A stretch of DNA of 63,748 nt, filler included, from Nemertoderma westbladi (Eukaryota; Animalia; Xenacoelomorpha): assembly GCA_032718475.1 (NCBI GenBank). It is 3 parts of 3 records of this genome, joined end to end, with 100 filler letters (N's around TTAATTAATTAA, not from the genome) between each part and the next. Parts side by side here need not be neighbours in the genome. Positions count along the whole stretch, not along the records: positions 48,345 to 63,748 come from JAUCBJ010001597.1; 2 more parts are not named here. One strand, written 5' to 3'. This document shows positions 49,822 to 61,672 of the stretch, in pieces (the first letter of the stretch is position 1; each line of letters starts with the position of its first letter). Both the position numbers and the translations under genes were made by a program. The notes under the pieces were generated by a model. The model was not told where the DNA came from, did no database searches, and saw only the letters and a program-made list of their open reading frames with translations.

Positions 49822-50572
49822 AATGAAACTTCGACCCGATGGCTCGCCCCCACCTAACATTTGGATGTAACAAACTCACACCACCTCTAATAATTAATTA
49901 ACTGTGCAGTACGCTCTACCCTTGCTGTAATATACATTGTGTCAGCCAGCTGTAATGTACGTACTATAGCCGAACATATTAGTATTCAATAGGAAATACC
50001 AAAACAAAAACTTTTTTAAAAATTGTTATATGTAATCTTGTAGGGATTCCTTTTATTTAGTAACAGTAATATGTGTCCTTTTATCCCCCTCAATTTTATG
50101 GCTTAGGTATTCTTTCCCTTCTTTTAAATATATTTTTAAATGATATTTTATTTCAGAACCAACATTTTTTTAGAATTTTTTTTTTTTTTTTTACCCTTTT
50201 ACCAGCCTCACTTTTATTTGTAAATTTGTAACTCAACGACTTAATATTGGAACCAACAATTTTTAACTATTTTTAATCATTTAATGGTTTTAACGTTACC
50301 CACCCTTTTTCCACCTCTTCATTTAGCACCCTTTTTATTTTTATTTTTTAAATTTAATATTGAACATCTAATACCTTAACAACACTTGTAGCCTACAATT
50401 ATATCTCTAGGCCTACATACAGTATTAAGATAAATCTAAATATGTTAATCTAATACATCCTATCATACTGTGTATATCGGAATTTGGTGGCATAGTAATT
50501 GGTTGTACCGTACGTTAAATTTAATATTATGGTTTAGGTTTATAAATTGTGTTTTAATGTTATTTTAATTTA

Positions 50573-50614
50573 ATTTACTGAAGACGTCCGTGAGGATGAA
50601 ATGGCCATATAAAT
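50573..50614 (+). ncRNA. Minimal type I hammerhead ribozyme
   Basis: Stem I ATTTA/TAAAT, core CTGAAGA(C), stem II GTCC-GTGA-GGAT, GAAA, palindromic stem III TGGCCA, AUA cleavage triplet (after 50609). Lies about 750 bp downstream of the Penelope ORF. Confidence 0.82.
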
Positions 50615-50756
50615 AGAAACTGTTTTCGTTAACCGTGGCATTAGACCCTTTCTACAGTCATTATCCCTGAAGTTATACTTATATGTGTAATATACAGTAG
50701 TATATAGTATATAAGTAGCATATAAAAACACAATAATTAATTATACTGTATATACA

Positions 50757-51347
50757 TTAATTCGATGATAACCATTTCCCATAACCAACCGCGAGTTTCA
50801 TAGAACAATAATTAAAACAAGTATCACTATTATCAGAATGGTAGACACAATTTGTTATTGCTGAATAATCGTGGAAAAGACATTTGGTGTCATAATCGAC
50901 ATATTTTTCATTTATGCCGTAAGTTTCTAGAAGTGTTCCATTCACATTAAATTAATTTTTTAAAATAAATAATTTCGGTATTCTGCGTATTAAAATTTGA
51001 AACCCCGACCGTTTTTTTTCTTGCAACCATTCCTGTATGTACATTTTAAATGCACTTTGGTCCATGAATCTGTAGCCAAAATTAATGTGATGCGTAATAT
51101 TGGCGAGTTGTGTGAGCCGATCGTATTCGCTTAAACTCAAATTTTTTGCAGATGGTCCAGCAATAAACCACACGTTTTCTAACGATTTTGTAGTAGTATT
51201 ATAAGCCGCAAACTCTTTAAAAAAAAATGGTCGCAAATTGTTGGCTGATCTGCAGAAGATGTGTATAATACAATTAATATTATAATAATATAATTCCAAT
51301 GGCGGGTAATAATCGCGCCCGCGGCTGTGACTTAGAAATTTATCCAT
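50757..51347 (-). pseudogene. Polinton-associated uncharacterised gene (~196 aa) with one in-frame stop
   Basis: ORFs 50952-51347 and 50757-50945 share one frame. The FFFKEFA...HHINF...LETYG...CxxH...C pattern recalls a recurrent Polinton accessory ORF. Confidence 0.5.
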
Positions 51348-51421
51348 ATAGTCGCTATTACTTCAGATAATCACATAATAATAAATAATAAATAATTCAC
51401 ATCGATTAAACTGTAACTATC

Positions 51422-52236
51422 TCAACTAATTCGCATAAAATGAAGCGTCAATATTGAATTCCCATAATGAAAGCGCAACAGATCACACGAATCCCCAACC
51501 AATTTAGCCCGTATATAACGTAAATTAGATGTTACTTCAAGTTTTTTATAATATATTTGTTCGACCTTTTTAGTAATGACTTCACCGTATTCCCCTTCTA
51601 ATGGTATGGTACGCTACAGCGGATATTCGTTATTGTCCACAAATTGAGATTCAAACAATTAAGGTGAATATTTATGTTAGGGTCTAGTATCTCGACTGCG
51701 TCGGGATGTTTATGGCACTGGTACTTATTATTCCGTGGATTAATTCTAATTAAATTATAATCTCCAGCGTCAGTTTTTACGCACTTGAAACCTAATTTAT
51801 CAATATCGTGCTCTATTAATCCTAGGTAACAACCCAAACGTTTGCTGACGAATATTTCCCATTGTTTCCCTTTGAAATGAATAGTTATATCACCTGACCT
51901 CGCTTTATTATCAACTAAATTAATTTGTGCTTTTGTTGCTTTTGCTTTGCTTTTGTTGAAGAACTCGATGATTCTTTCCAATGTCAGGAACGACCCTTCC
52001 GGGAGAGTGACATCTCTTGTATCCATTTTTTTATTTTTTATGGCCTTTATATAAATGTTACTATTATCGTGACTAATACTAGATACGTAGGTTATACTAG
52101 TCAAACCTACTAACCATTGCCCTCTAGCGATAGGTCAAGGAATTTGTAAAGTTGTTTGGAAATCGCTAGCATTATTACGTGGAAATTCTATTGGGTTCGC
52201 GTTTGAAGGTAGTACAACATAATAACTATTCATCAT
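51422..52236 (-). pseudogene. Polinton minor capsid protein (penton/PX), copy 2
   Basis: MMNSYYVVLPSNANPIEFPRNNASDFQTTL...*...GQWLVGLTSITY at the N-terminus (TGA 52135-52137). After a frameshift: YPL*RTVPL...IYYKKL...FHYGNSILTLHF. Confidence 0.82.
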
Positions 52237-52333
52237 TCTACCAGTTTTGTAATTGTGCTCTCGGGGCAAATACCACACCCTGGTTTGCCATTCCACAGGG
52301 TGGGTGTCGCAATGGAGTCAGATATGAGGCCCA

Positions 52334-53300
52334 TCACCCATATCTACTCTGGCGTACATGACCCACCATTGGCTGTTGCAGCTCATCTGCTGGGTCATGC
52401 CCTGTACCCTTGCTGCCAGGTGCAGGTTGTAATTGTGACTGTTTTTTGAGTTCTAGAACTAAAATTGTTTTACCACCATGAAACACTATATGGTTTCCTT
52501 TATGATCGCAAAGCGTTATACTAATTGTATTAACAAATTTTTTATTTTTTAACTGTTTGTAATGAGTGTTTTTGAACTCTTGACTTATAAATGAGTATGG
52601 TTGCCATTTTAATGGGATTATCTGCAAAAGAGGAACCATAGAATGCCCCACGTGGGAAGATTCAATTATATCTGTATATATAAACATTGTATGTCTATCC
52701 CTCGTTATATCGCATGGTTCAGGAAATTCAATTCCATTTTTTGTCAGAATTTCTAAAACCTAAACTTAGTAAGTTGTCTTCTGGGTTGTAATGTATTGAC
52801 CAAAACGCACCAAGACCAAGTAAGTTATTTTTTAAAGACGATAAGCCAAATATATTTAATAAATCCCCGTAGAATTGGAAATAGCGCCCTTTCATAGAAT
52901 GCAAATGTATTTTCAATGTATGCTTGTGATAATTAAACTTAACATCGGAGAAACCGTGGTAGGCTATAGAATTTTTTTTTCAAATATATGGTAATATAAT
53001 TTATAATTGACTCAATGGAAGCATACAGTCCATGATTAAGATCGATTTCAATAAGATTATACGGGGAAATATGGAATGGTATATACGCATCTATCATGTA
53101 TTCACCAATTTTAATTCCAGATCTTTGCTCAATATTCCTATAAGTTGACACATACTGTATTTCTTTTAGACCCACAACCCAATCCGCGGTAATGGGAATA
53201 GGTTTGGACAATTCAATTGTAAAATCGCTTGGAGTGTTGTTCGGATATTTATGGGTGTCTGGGTGTGCAGGAAACACTGGCCGGATAATGTACGCGTATG
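52334..53300 (-). pseudogene. Polinton minor capsid protein (penton/PX), copy 1
   Basis: YPNNTPSDFTIEL-KPI---DWVVGLKEIQY, GLY-SIE-II, MFIYTDIIE---VG----PLLQII...HY...TISITLCD--G--I-F-GG---LVLE. Split into three pieces by frameshifts. Confidence 0.85.
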
Positions 53301-54601
53301 TGAAATCGCTCAATGTAATGTATACAGTAGATCTAGCTAGATACGTGGTTACGTACTGACGTACGCACATACGTGGATACGTACAGACGTACGACATACG
53401 TTGAAAAGTAAAACCCTTTAGAGGCTACAGTACAGCAGTAGGCATTGTCCGGTTGTGGGGGAGTAAAAACTTCACTGCACACATGCAGATCTGCAGATTG
53501 TCAGCCAGTGCAGGAGTGCAGCAGTGAGGAGACAGGTTAATGTGAAGTGATTTAACGAGTTCGACTACCGGTAGGCAGGTAGGCCTACCAGGCTGCAGGC
53601 TTCCAGCTACTGTGCTACCGTTGGCAAATAAACAGGAGGTTCAGGTGCCAGGCGAGGTGAGGATGAGTGACAGGCTGACAGCTGGTGTCGGTTAGGCTGT
53701 CAGGGTCAGCCCCGGCTGCCCGGCCCGGGATGCGCAGCAGTAGTGGTACTACCTGTTCCTGTTTGCCGCTGCCTGGATAATTAATTCAGTATAGCCAACC
53801 GAGATTGGAGATTTATAATGACTCTTTTTGCCACCGTCATCCTCTGATCCTGGATTTTAACGTTTGCATAATTCTAGTCTGTGGTGCTATATTGCAATGG
53901 CACGAGCCAGCTAGCAAGCAGGGTACCGATTTCCAGACCTACATACCCTCATCTCCTACTTGTTCACCGGACAGCCAGACAGCCGGAAGGCCTCCCTTCC
54001 CTACCACCTCCGACAGTCCGACGCCACATCAAATTCCGCCTGTCGAATAACAACAGATTAGATTAGCGCCTTGAACTCTAACTGTGTAAGTCCAAGTACC
54101 ACGGGTTAGTTGGACTTAGACTCGATGCTCGCAGTGCTGGGATCAGTTCCTGATCCCGGGTTAGGGAACATCCGGCACATGGCTGCATGGATCTGTGGAT
54201 TGGCTGATTGGGGAATAGGAACATCGTCGGCTCCGGAATCATGTGCCATACTGTGTGCGGGAATATAGTAGGCCTAATTTACCAAATACAATGTTTATTA
54301 CATTTTAGCGGTACTTTTACTGTTTTACAGTTTAAGCAGTCTAAATCTAAACGTAAACACTATCACAACAAAAAAAATCATACTCGTTTATTGTTTTGGT
54401 TCCCTTTAGGATGTAATTGTTACATGCTCATTTACTGTTAGAGAAATATATTGCATCTACAGTACATGTTCATTTTGTACAATTGTTAATTGTATCAATT
54501 GTACACGTACACAAATCTAATTACAATAGCGAATAGGCTTGGTAAGTAATCACCAGTATAATTCTAATTATTGATATCTACATAATTATTAAGATTTGAT
54601 A

Positions 54602-55897
54602 ATGAATCAACAAATTAATGTATTGAAGAAAAAATCCTCCAGTGCCGGGATAATTATAAAGAAAGAACCACCAGACTGTGCTCCCTATTCTCTTGAAGTT
54701 AAACAGGAGAACTGATCATCGGATCAAAACGGATCATCTATCGAAGATCAAAACAATTTGTTTGGTGGAGTAGATGAGGTCCCTGTACAAGATGACGATG
54801 ATATTTCTTCAGATTATTTTGTTGTCGAAAAACAGGAAAACGACAGCCCAAACTGTTCGTATGGTAGGCCTATTGAAACTGAAGATGTAGATATTCATAT
54901 TCAACATTCAGCTTGTGGTTTGCAATTTATTAGTGTAAAATCTGAAGGTTGTGTAGTTATTGAGCCATTTGCAGAAACTCGAACTGCTGAAGAACAATTT
55001 AACGTTGCTGGTACCTCTCGTGACAACGTTGATCGTTGCAGCTCTATTAAACCGACAATCAGTTGTGCACCAACAGATTCCGGTAGTTCTAGTAAAGCTG
55101 TTGGGGAGTTCCAATTTTTTCCAGATACCAGTTCCTGTTTGCATTGCAATGAATTATTTAATTGCAGAGAAAATTTAGAGAGACATATAGAATCCTTTCA
55201 TAAAGACGTCAAGAATAAGTATAAATGCGATTATTGTGATAAACTGTTTACAAAGAAGTGTTCTGTAAAGAAACATGTCGACTCTATCCATAAACTAATT
55301 AAACATAAGTGCGGTAATTGTAACAAAGAATTCAGCCAGCAGGGCAGTCTAAACACCCATATCAAATACGCCCATAAAGATATCAAGTACAGCTGTTTTG
55401 ATTGTGGAAAATCATTTGGTACCAAACGTGATCTAAAAAAACATATCGACTCTATCCATAAACTAATCAAACATAAGTGCGGTTATTGTAATAAAAAATT
55501 CAGCCAGCAAGCCAATCTAAACACCCATATCAACTACGCCCATAAAGATATCAAGTACAGCTGTTTTGAGTGTGGAAAATCATTTGGTACCAAAAGTGAT
55601 CTAAAGAGGCATGTCGACTCTATCCATAAACTAATCAAACATAAGTGCGGTTATTGTAACAAAGAATTCAGCCAGCAGGGCAGTCTAAACGCCCATGTCA
55701 ACTACGCCCATAAAGATATCAAACATAAGTGCGGTTATTGTAACAAAGAATTCAGCCAACAATCCATTCTAAACACTCATGTTAACAACTTTCATAAAGG
55801 AATGGGAAACTCTAGATATGATTGTTCTATCTGCCATAAACAAATTTCTAATAGACATGAACTTAAGAGACACAATGATTCTGTTCATAAATCTTAA
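54602..55897 (+). CDS. C2H2 zinc-finger protein (9 fingers) with a premature TGA at codon 38 (possible pseudogene)
   Basis: ATG 54602 is in frame: MNQQ...IKKEP...VKQEN*, TGA at 54713-54715, then open to 55897. Nine CX2C-X12-HX4H fingers, no TGEKP linkers, internal two-finger duplications. Confidence 0.88.
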
Positions 55898-56492
55898 AGT
55901 TACCGAAACAATATGGTTGTTTTTGTTTTGAACAATTCTTCATATGTATCTGGTCATTATTTCACCTTTTACTTTTTGCGTGAAAAATAAGTGATTAATT
56001 ATTTTTATAATTGACTTACAGTCAGTGAGACAAAAAGATCAGTGAAATATTTAATATAAATATGTTACTAATCATTAGTCCAGTCAACATCGGCATAAAG
56101 CGAAACAACTAATTAGCAATTACTCATCCGAATCAAATATTTCTGATTTTTCATTATCTTGCTAATCTCTCAAAACAGTTGAAAGAGCAGATATGGGGTG
56201 GGGGGGGGGGGGAATTGGACGCAAATAACAGCTGTTTACGAGCAACAATAAAACTGTAACCTGTTCTATTGTTAAAATATCGTTCCACTGTAACCTGCTC
56301 CTTTCCATTGATCCTTACATTTTTATAGCGCGACCATTTAAAAGATTTTCATTGGCTATATATTTGGAATCTATCATGACTTTAGAATATGGGGAACACG
56401 TATTTCGCAATGGTTTCGAAAACTATTGATATTTGCAAAAATTCACCGAAATTTGCAGTAAAAACGACGCTTCAAGGCTTATTTTGAACAGA

Positions 56493-57920
56493 ATAAGTTG
56501 GTGCCAGTTCCCAAGAAGGGTAACCTAACACTCTATGGTTCTTTTCGGGGAATCTCATTGATCTCGATTGCTGCAAAGCTATACAATAGAATTCTATTAA
56601 ATCGCATCAGGAATCCCATTGAGAGACTGCTCCGTGGAAATCAGAATGGGTTGCGTAAAGGTCGTGGGACCATGGAGCCCATTTTGGCACTTAGAAGGAT
56701 AATTGAAGAGTTATCAAAAGAGAAAGACAGGCATTTGGCTGTTATCTTTGTTGACATCTTCAAGGCCTTTGATTCAGTCTCTCGCTCACGTATGTTCAGT
56801 ATACTTTCATTATATGGGATTCCTGATGAAATTATTGCAGCAATCAGATCAGTATACGATGGTTCGACAACATTTGTGTCTACTGTTGAGTTGATGGTGA
56901 CACAGAACCATTTGAAGTGTTATGGGGCGTCCTCCAGGGAGACACACATGCACCATTCTTGTTCATAATTGTGGTTGACTATGTTCTACGCATTAGAGTA
57001 TCATAATGATGATGGGGTGATGATAACTCCACCTACTGGCTCCAGAAGTCGAGGAAATCCTGCCAAGTACCTAACTGATCTAGACTTTGCTGATGACTTA
57101 AGAGTACTCTCAGAATCACTAGAGGGGGCCCAACGGCTCCTCAGCTCATTAGAACATGCTGCTTCTAGTGTTGGTCTTTTTATTAACTCCAGAAAGACCA
57201 AAATTTTGACAGTTAACTTTGAAAGTTCTCAGCAAGTCTCTGATCGGATGAGCATAAGCTCAAAGGATGGTTTGCTTGAGCATGTTGACGACTTCTGTTA
57301 CCTGGGATCATGGATCCGGAAGTCAGGTGAGGACCTTCGAATACGTAAGGGAAAGGCATGGGCAGCCTTGAATAGGCTTTACAGGATTTGGAAGTCATCG
57401 AGAATTAATCGGAAACTTAAGGTCCGATTATTTAGAGCAGCAGTAGTTCCAGTACTCCTCTATGGGAGTCCATGCTGGGCTCTAACTGCTGTGGACACCA
57501 AATCTATGGATGGCACATTCACAAGAATGCTACGCCGGGTTCATTGTGTCAAGTATAATGCACACATCTCCAACCAGACACTATATAACATTGGAGGTGT
57601 CTCATTGGTTCCCCCAAGCTTGACACTAGAACAAAATCGCCTCCGCTTTGCAGGACATTGCTTTCGCCGTGAGGACCAGCCAGTGCATAATCTTGTACTT
57701 TGGCAGCCTCATGGAGTGAATAAGCATGGTGGACAGCCCATGACTTTCTTGAGACGCATCTTATAAAGGACACCTGGCCTTGAAGATGCGGATGATCTAG
57801 CAAATGTCATGGGTGATAGGGAGTTGTGGCGGCGCAATTTTGTCGACAAGCCGGCACAGCATTCTTAAAAATGCAGCTGCAATGCAGCATGCCGATACTA
57901 GTAGTAGTAGTACTGTAGTA
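56493..57920 (+). mobile_element. 5'-truncated RTE-type LINE, frameshifted
   Basis: PVPKKG, RGISL, QNGLRKGR, FVDIFKAFD, GVLQGDT (after frameshift), LDFADD, YLGSW, LLYG--W-LT, RLRFAGHC. (TAG)n tail near 57898. Possible TSD TTGAACAG. Confidence 0.92.
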
Positions 57921-60900
57921 TTGAACAGTTGCTATGGTAATCGACTAACCGGATTCTAAAACCTAACTCAATTCACTAATGACTCCTGGCTTCCAACATT
58001 AGTAAATTTATGATGAACAACTCCCTAACGACGGCGTGTCGGCACATTAGATACTTCAACATTGAAGTTTCATGTTGGTTTACCTGAGTCTTCTGGTGCA
58101 TAAACTGACAAAATAAGCTGTGCCTTACTACCAACAATTAAAACTTTCACACCAATAATATAATTGGTGGATTTTATATGATCAATAGACCTGAATATGC
58201 GATGCCTCGCTTGATAGTAAACATAACGCATCCTCTCGTGGTATTTATTGCTCGAGATGTGGTTCCAGCCAGTGGCGTAGCCAGGATTTTACAAGGGGAA
58301 GGGTCAGAGCCAGAAAGGGGGGGGGGGGGGGGGGGGGGGGGTGCAGACTGAAAGTTAACACATCTAATCAAAATGAATGAAATGTTTTATTTCTATTATT
58401 ACTGTCACTGTGTCTGTCGTCTGTTTGCCTGTCAAGAAATACAGTATATATATGTAGTATATATGTAGCATATATGTATTATATATAGAAATACAGATAT
58501 AACAAATAGGCCTAAATAAATAAAACACACCACCCAACATTTTGTAGTAAGGGGGTTTTACTTTCTTATGATTTCAAGTACGATGTCGTTTTCACTATTT
58601 GCCAAATCTAAACTTTTGTCTGCCTGACGGTCAGTTTGTCTGTTATCCTGTATGTATGAGAAAAAATTATTATACATACAATTTAGTTATATCAGAAATT
58701 AACTTACATAATGGAACCAAGTTACTAGACGAACATAGCTGTGGCAGGTTTAAATAATCTATATCTAGGAATTTGTTCCTAATGCGTTCAGATAATGTGC
58801 ATGATAACAAGAAACGAGGATCATTTTGGACAGTAGTATTATCTTATCACATTCACAAACATGATTTCTGGTGCAGTTTTCATACATGGCATTAAGACAG
58901 AGTGAAGGATTTACTAACTACAGTAACAAACCCAAAACTAACTAACTCTAAAACAAAATGAAATATTGTAAAGTAATATTGTGTTAAAACAGATATAAAC
59001 ATTGTGCTAAAATGGATAGATATCGAATTAGTAGAAAAAACTAATACAATAAAACTTTTAATATCAATCAATTCGTACCTCTGTGGGAGCCACTACTGGC
59101 AAAATGGCATTGTTTAAACGTGCCTGTCTGTAGAGAAGGCGTCTTCGGCGGTTGTGCTGTTTGCTGGTTTGCCAGGGCCATTAACATTTCTCCAGGCAGG
59201 TACAGTATCGTTATTAGTTATTAACTATAAATGGACACAGTTAGCATTATAATGTCCATTAATATATAATCTATTTTATAAGTCATGTTGGAAGAGATTC
59301 TAGACAAAAGAGCCCATGCCAAAGTTTAGTAGAGGGGGGGGGGGGGGGGGGGGGGAAGAATATTCAGATATTCGCCTGACACCGGATACTGGGATATGCC
59401 CTTTACTCTAGAAAATACAAAGTGAAAACTGAAAACGAATGCTATAAAATCCCCGAGAACCTACTGACCTATGTTCATAATTAATTAGTTTCTCTACATA
59501 CTGCAGTACTGACATATCCTTAACTTATCTTTGACTTATCTTTATGGGTTTGTTTTACATAATGAGTGACATGCATAGGCCTACATACCATGCTGCCATG
59601 ACACATGAGACCGGTATCCATGCCATTCAGCCATTGTGCTTGTGCATTGCTGCCAGGCTGCATTGCAGAAGTTCAGAAGTTTATGCAATAACAATACTGC
59701 AATATAGGCTAGCAGGGCCCTACCGTGACCTACGATTTTAAAGAAAATAACAGAATTCAGGAATTACTGAATTAGGTAGACAGGTAGATAATCGGGATGT
59801 TTTCTTTTGGAAAAATTACCTACATTCCAGCATTCTGACATTACTGCATTAGTCTGTTAGTACCGCTACCGCTAGGCCTACGGACCGGTACCCAGGTACG
59901 GTACCAGTACTGCGGTACCTTACAGCCTTACTGCAGTACTGCCTTACCGGTACTGGTACTGCTACGGGGCTACGGCTACCTTCATCTACAACCTACAGAC
60001 CTAAATTGCAGACTGGGAAATTAGCCCAATAATGCAATATAGGGAAATTTTAAAATTTCCCTATACCGGTAGGGAAACTTTTATTTCCCTATAGGGAAAT
60101 TTTGGCATAATGGCTATGGCTGTATGGCGCATTCACTGAGGACATAGCGCATTATGTGTTATGCATTAAGTGAGATATCAGGATATACCGGTACTCAATA
60201 CTAGGTCATTCTGTCATTCACCTCTACCCTATCTTAAATATAACTACTGCCCTAAGGCAGCTAACAGTCGAATAGGGCACGAGCCCAATACTTGAGATTT
60301 AGCTTTATTTAATTAAGAACATTAATGGAAAGGAGCAGGATACAGTGGCCTGGTGGCGTCCAAAAAATATTTCCTATATCTGTATATAAGAAATTCTCGG
60401 AAAAAGTAACGTTTTTAAAATGGCTAGGCTTGAAAGCGAACGCACAGATAGTTTTTTTTCTAGTTTTCACAACAAACGTAGTCAGGTAGTAGGCCCTATA
60501 GATTAGGCCTATCCTCCAATAAGCAGATAAGCAGGAATTAAAATACCAGGTATGCCGCTAAAATTTATTTCAAAAGATAACGAAGAAACTGTTTAGAAAA
60601 ATGGCAAAAATTTCCTATATACCGGTATACTGGTATAGGACAGTAGGACAGGAACTAGCAGACTACAGACTAGGAAGCACTTTTTCCTATATACATACTG
60701 ATATAGGAAGAAAAAAAACTTCCTATTTAAGAAACCTACCCTAGTCCCTAACTGCAAAGTGCCCGACTGACTGTCCGACAGTTGACAGACTGATGAGATA
60801 GTGATGCTGTGATGTAGGCCTACACCACATTCTGCCTGATAGGCTACAGACTTGTGCCTGGATGCTGCCTTAAGCCTGTACTGCTGTAAGCCTTACTCTG

Positions 60901-61013
60901 TACTCCTGTTGCCTGTCTGCATGTCATGTACGTACTCAAGGCCTAACTACTGAACTAATTTATAGTGTTCTCGAATATTTATTACGGAACTAGAAATCCG
61001 CTCAGCTACAAAT

Positions 61014-61427
61014 ATGTTGAACCATTTTTTAATTGTATCGGCTGTTATTGTTGGGGTAGCTGCGGATATTATAAAAAAAACTTCCATTCCTTGCGTGTTT
61101 GGTGGGGATATTGGGGACACGGTGTGTCGGTTAGCAGATACTGGTTTCGACACCGGCGAAACTAAGTGTTGTAAAGATGGATTCTGTTGCAACGTTGTGC
61201 AGAAATTCGTCGAAGGATTTCTAGGTCTTTCGGTAGGGGCTCTTGTCGGCATTGGTGTCGGTATATTCGTACTCATCGTCGCACTATGTATCTGCTGCTG
61301 TTGTTGCTGCTGTCGTAATAAGACCACTCACGTTCAACACCCAATGGCGGTTATAGTGACCCCCGTGACAGACCCCAATCCATACACCCGAATGCCCGAA
61401 CCACAATTGAGCTTCGCTCCTCAGTGA
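61014..61427 (+). CDS. Small type I membrane protein, Shisa-like/CYYR1-like architecture (137 aa)
   Basis: Signal peptide, 6-Cys ectodomain (C...C...CC...CC), Gly-rich TM helix, juxtamembrane poly-Cys, Pro-rich tail with PNPY. Confidence 0.75.
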   Translation: MLNHFLIVSAVIVGVAADIIKKTSIPCVFGGDIGDTVCRLADTGFDTGETKCCKDGFCCNVVQKFVEGFLGLSVGALVGIGVGIFVLIVALCICCCCCCCRNKTTHVQHPMAVIVTPVTDPNPYTRMPEPQLSFAPQ

Positions 61428-61641
61428 TAAAACCACTTCCAGTCCGCCAGTACCGGTACTTACCTTGCTGGACTGACTTATATTGTACTTAACGCTATGT
61501 CGTTTAGATTTGTAAACCGAAAACTGACAAACCTACAAGTATGCTGTTATTTTTTTGGTGTAAGTTTTAGGAAATTTTTTAGACTTTTTTGAATAATCGA
61601 TAAATATTTGTTTTTGAGTTTAAAGTTGAACAGATACCCGG

Positions 61642-61672
<31 letters not shown>

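Larger units (their letters stand above)
50757..53300 (-). mobile_element. Polinton/Maverick (adintovirus-like) endogenous fragment
   Basis: Three tightly packed, co-oriented, intron-free decayed genes, two with minor-capsid motifs. No pPolB, integrase, ATPase, major capsid or TIR seen. Confidence 0.8.

Noticed and set aside
58270-58345. CAGTGGCGTAGCCAGG hAT-like end followed by poly-G
   Set aside because: No convincing partner TIR or TSD in the window.
60947-61327. Minus-strand poly-Gln ORF
   Set aside because: Antisense shadow of the membrane-protein gene; the poly-Cys codons read as poly-Gln.
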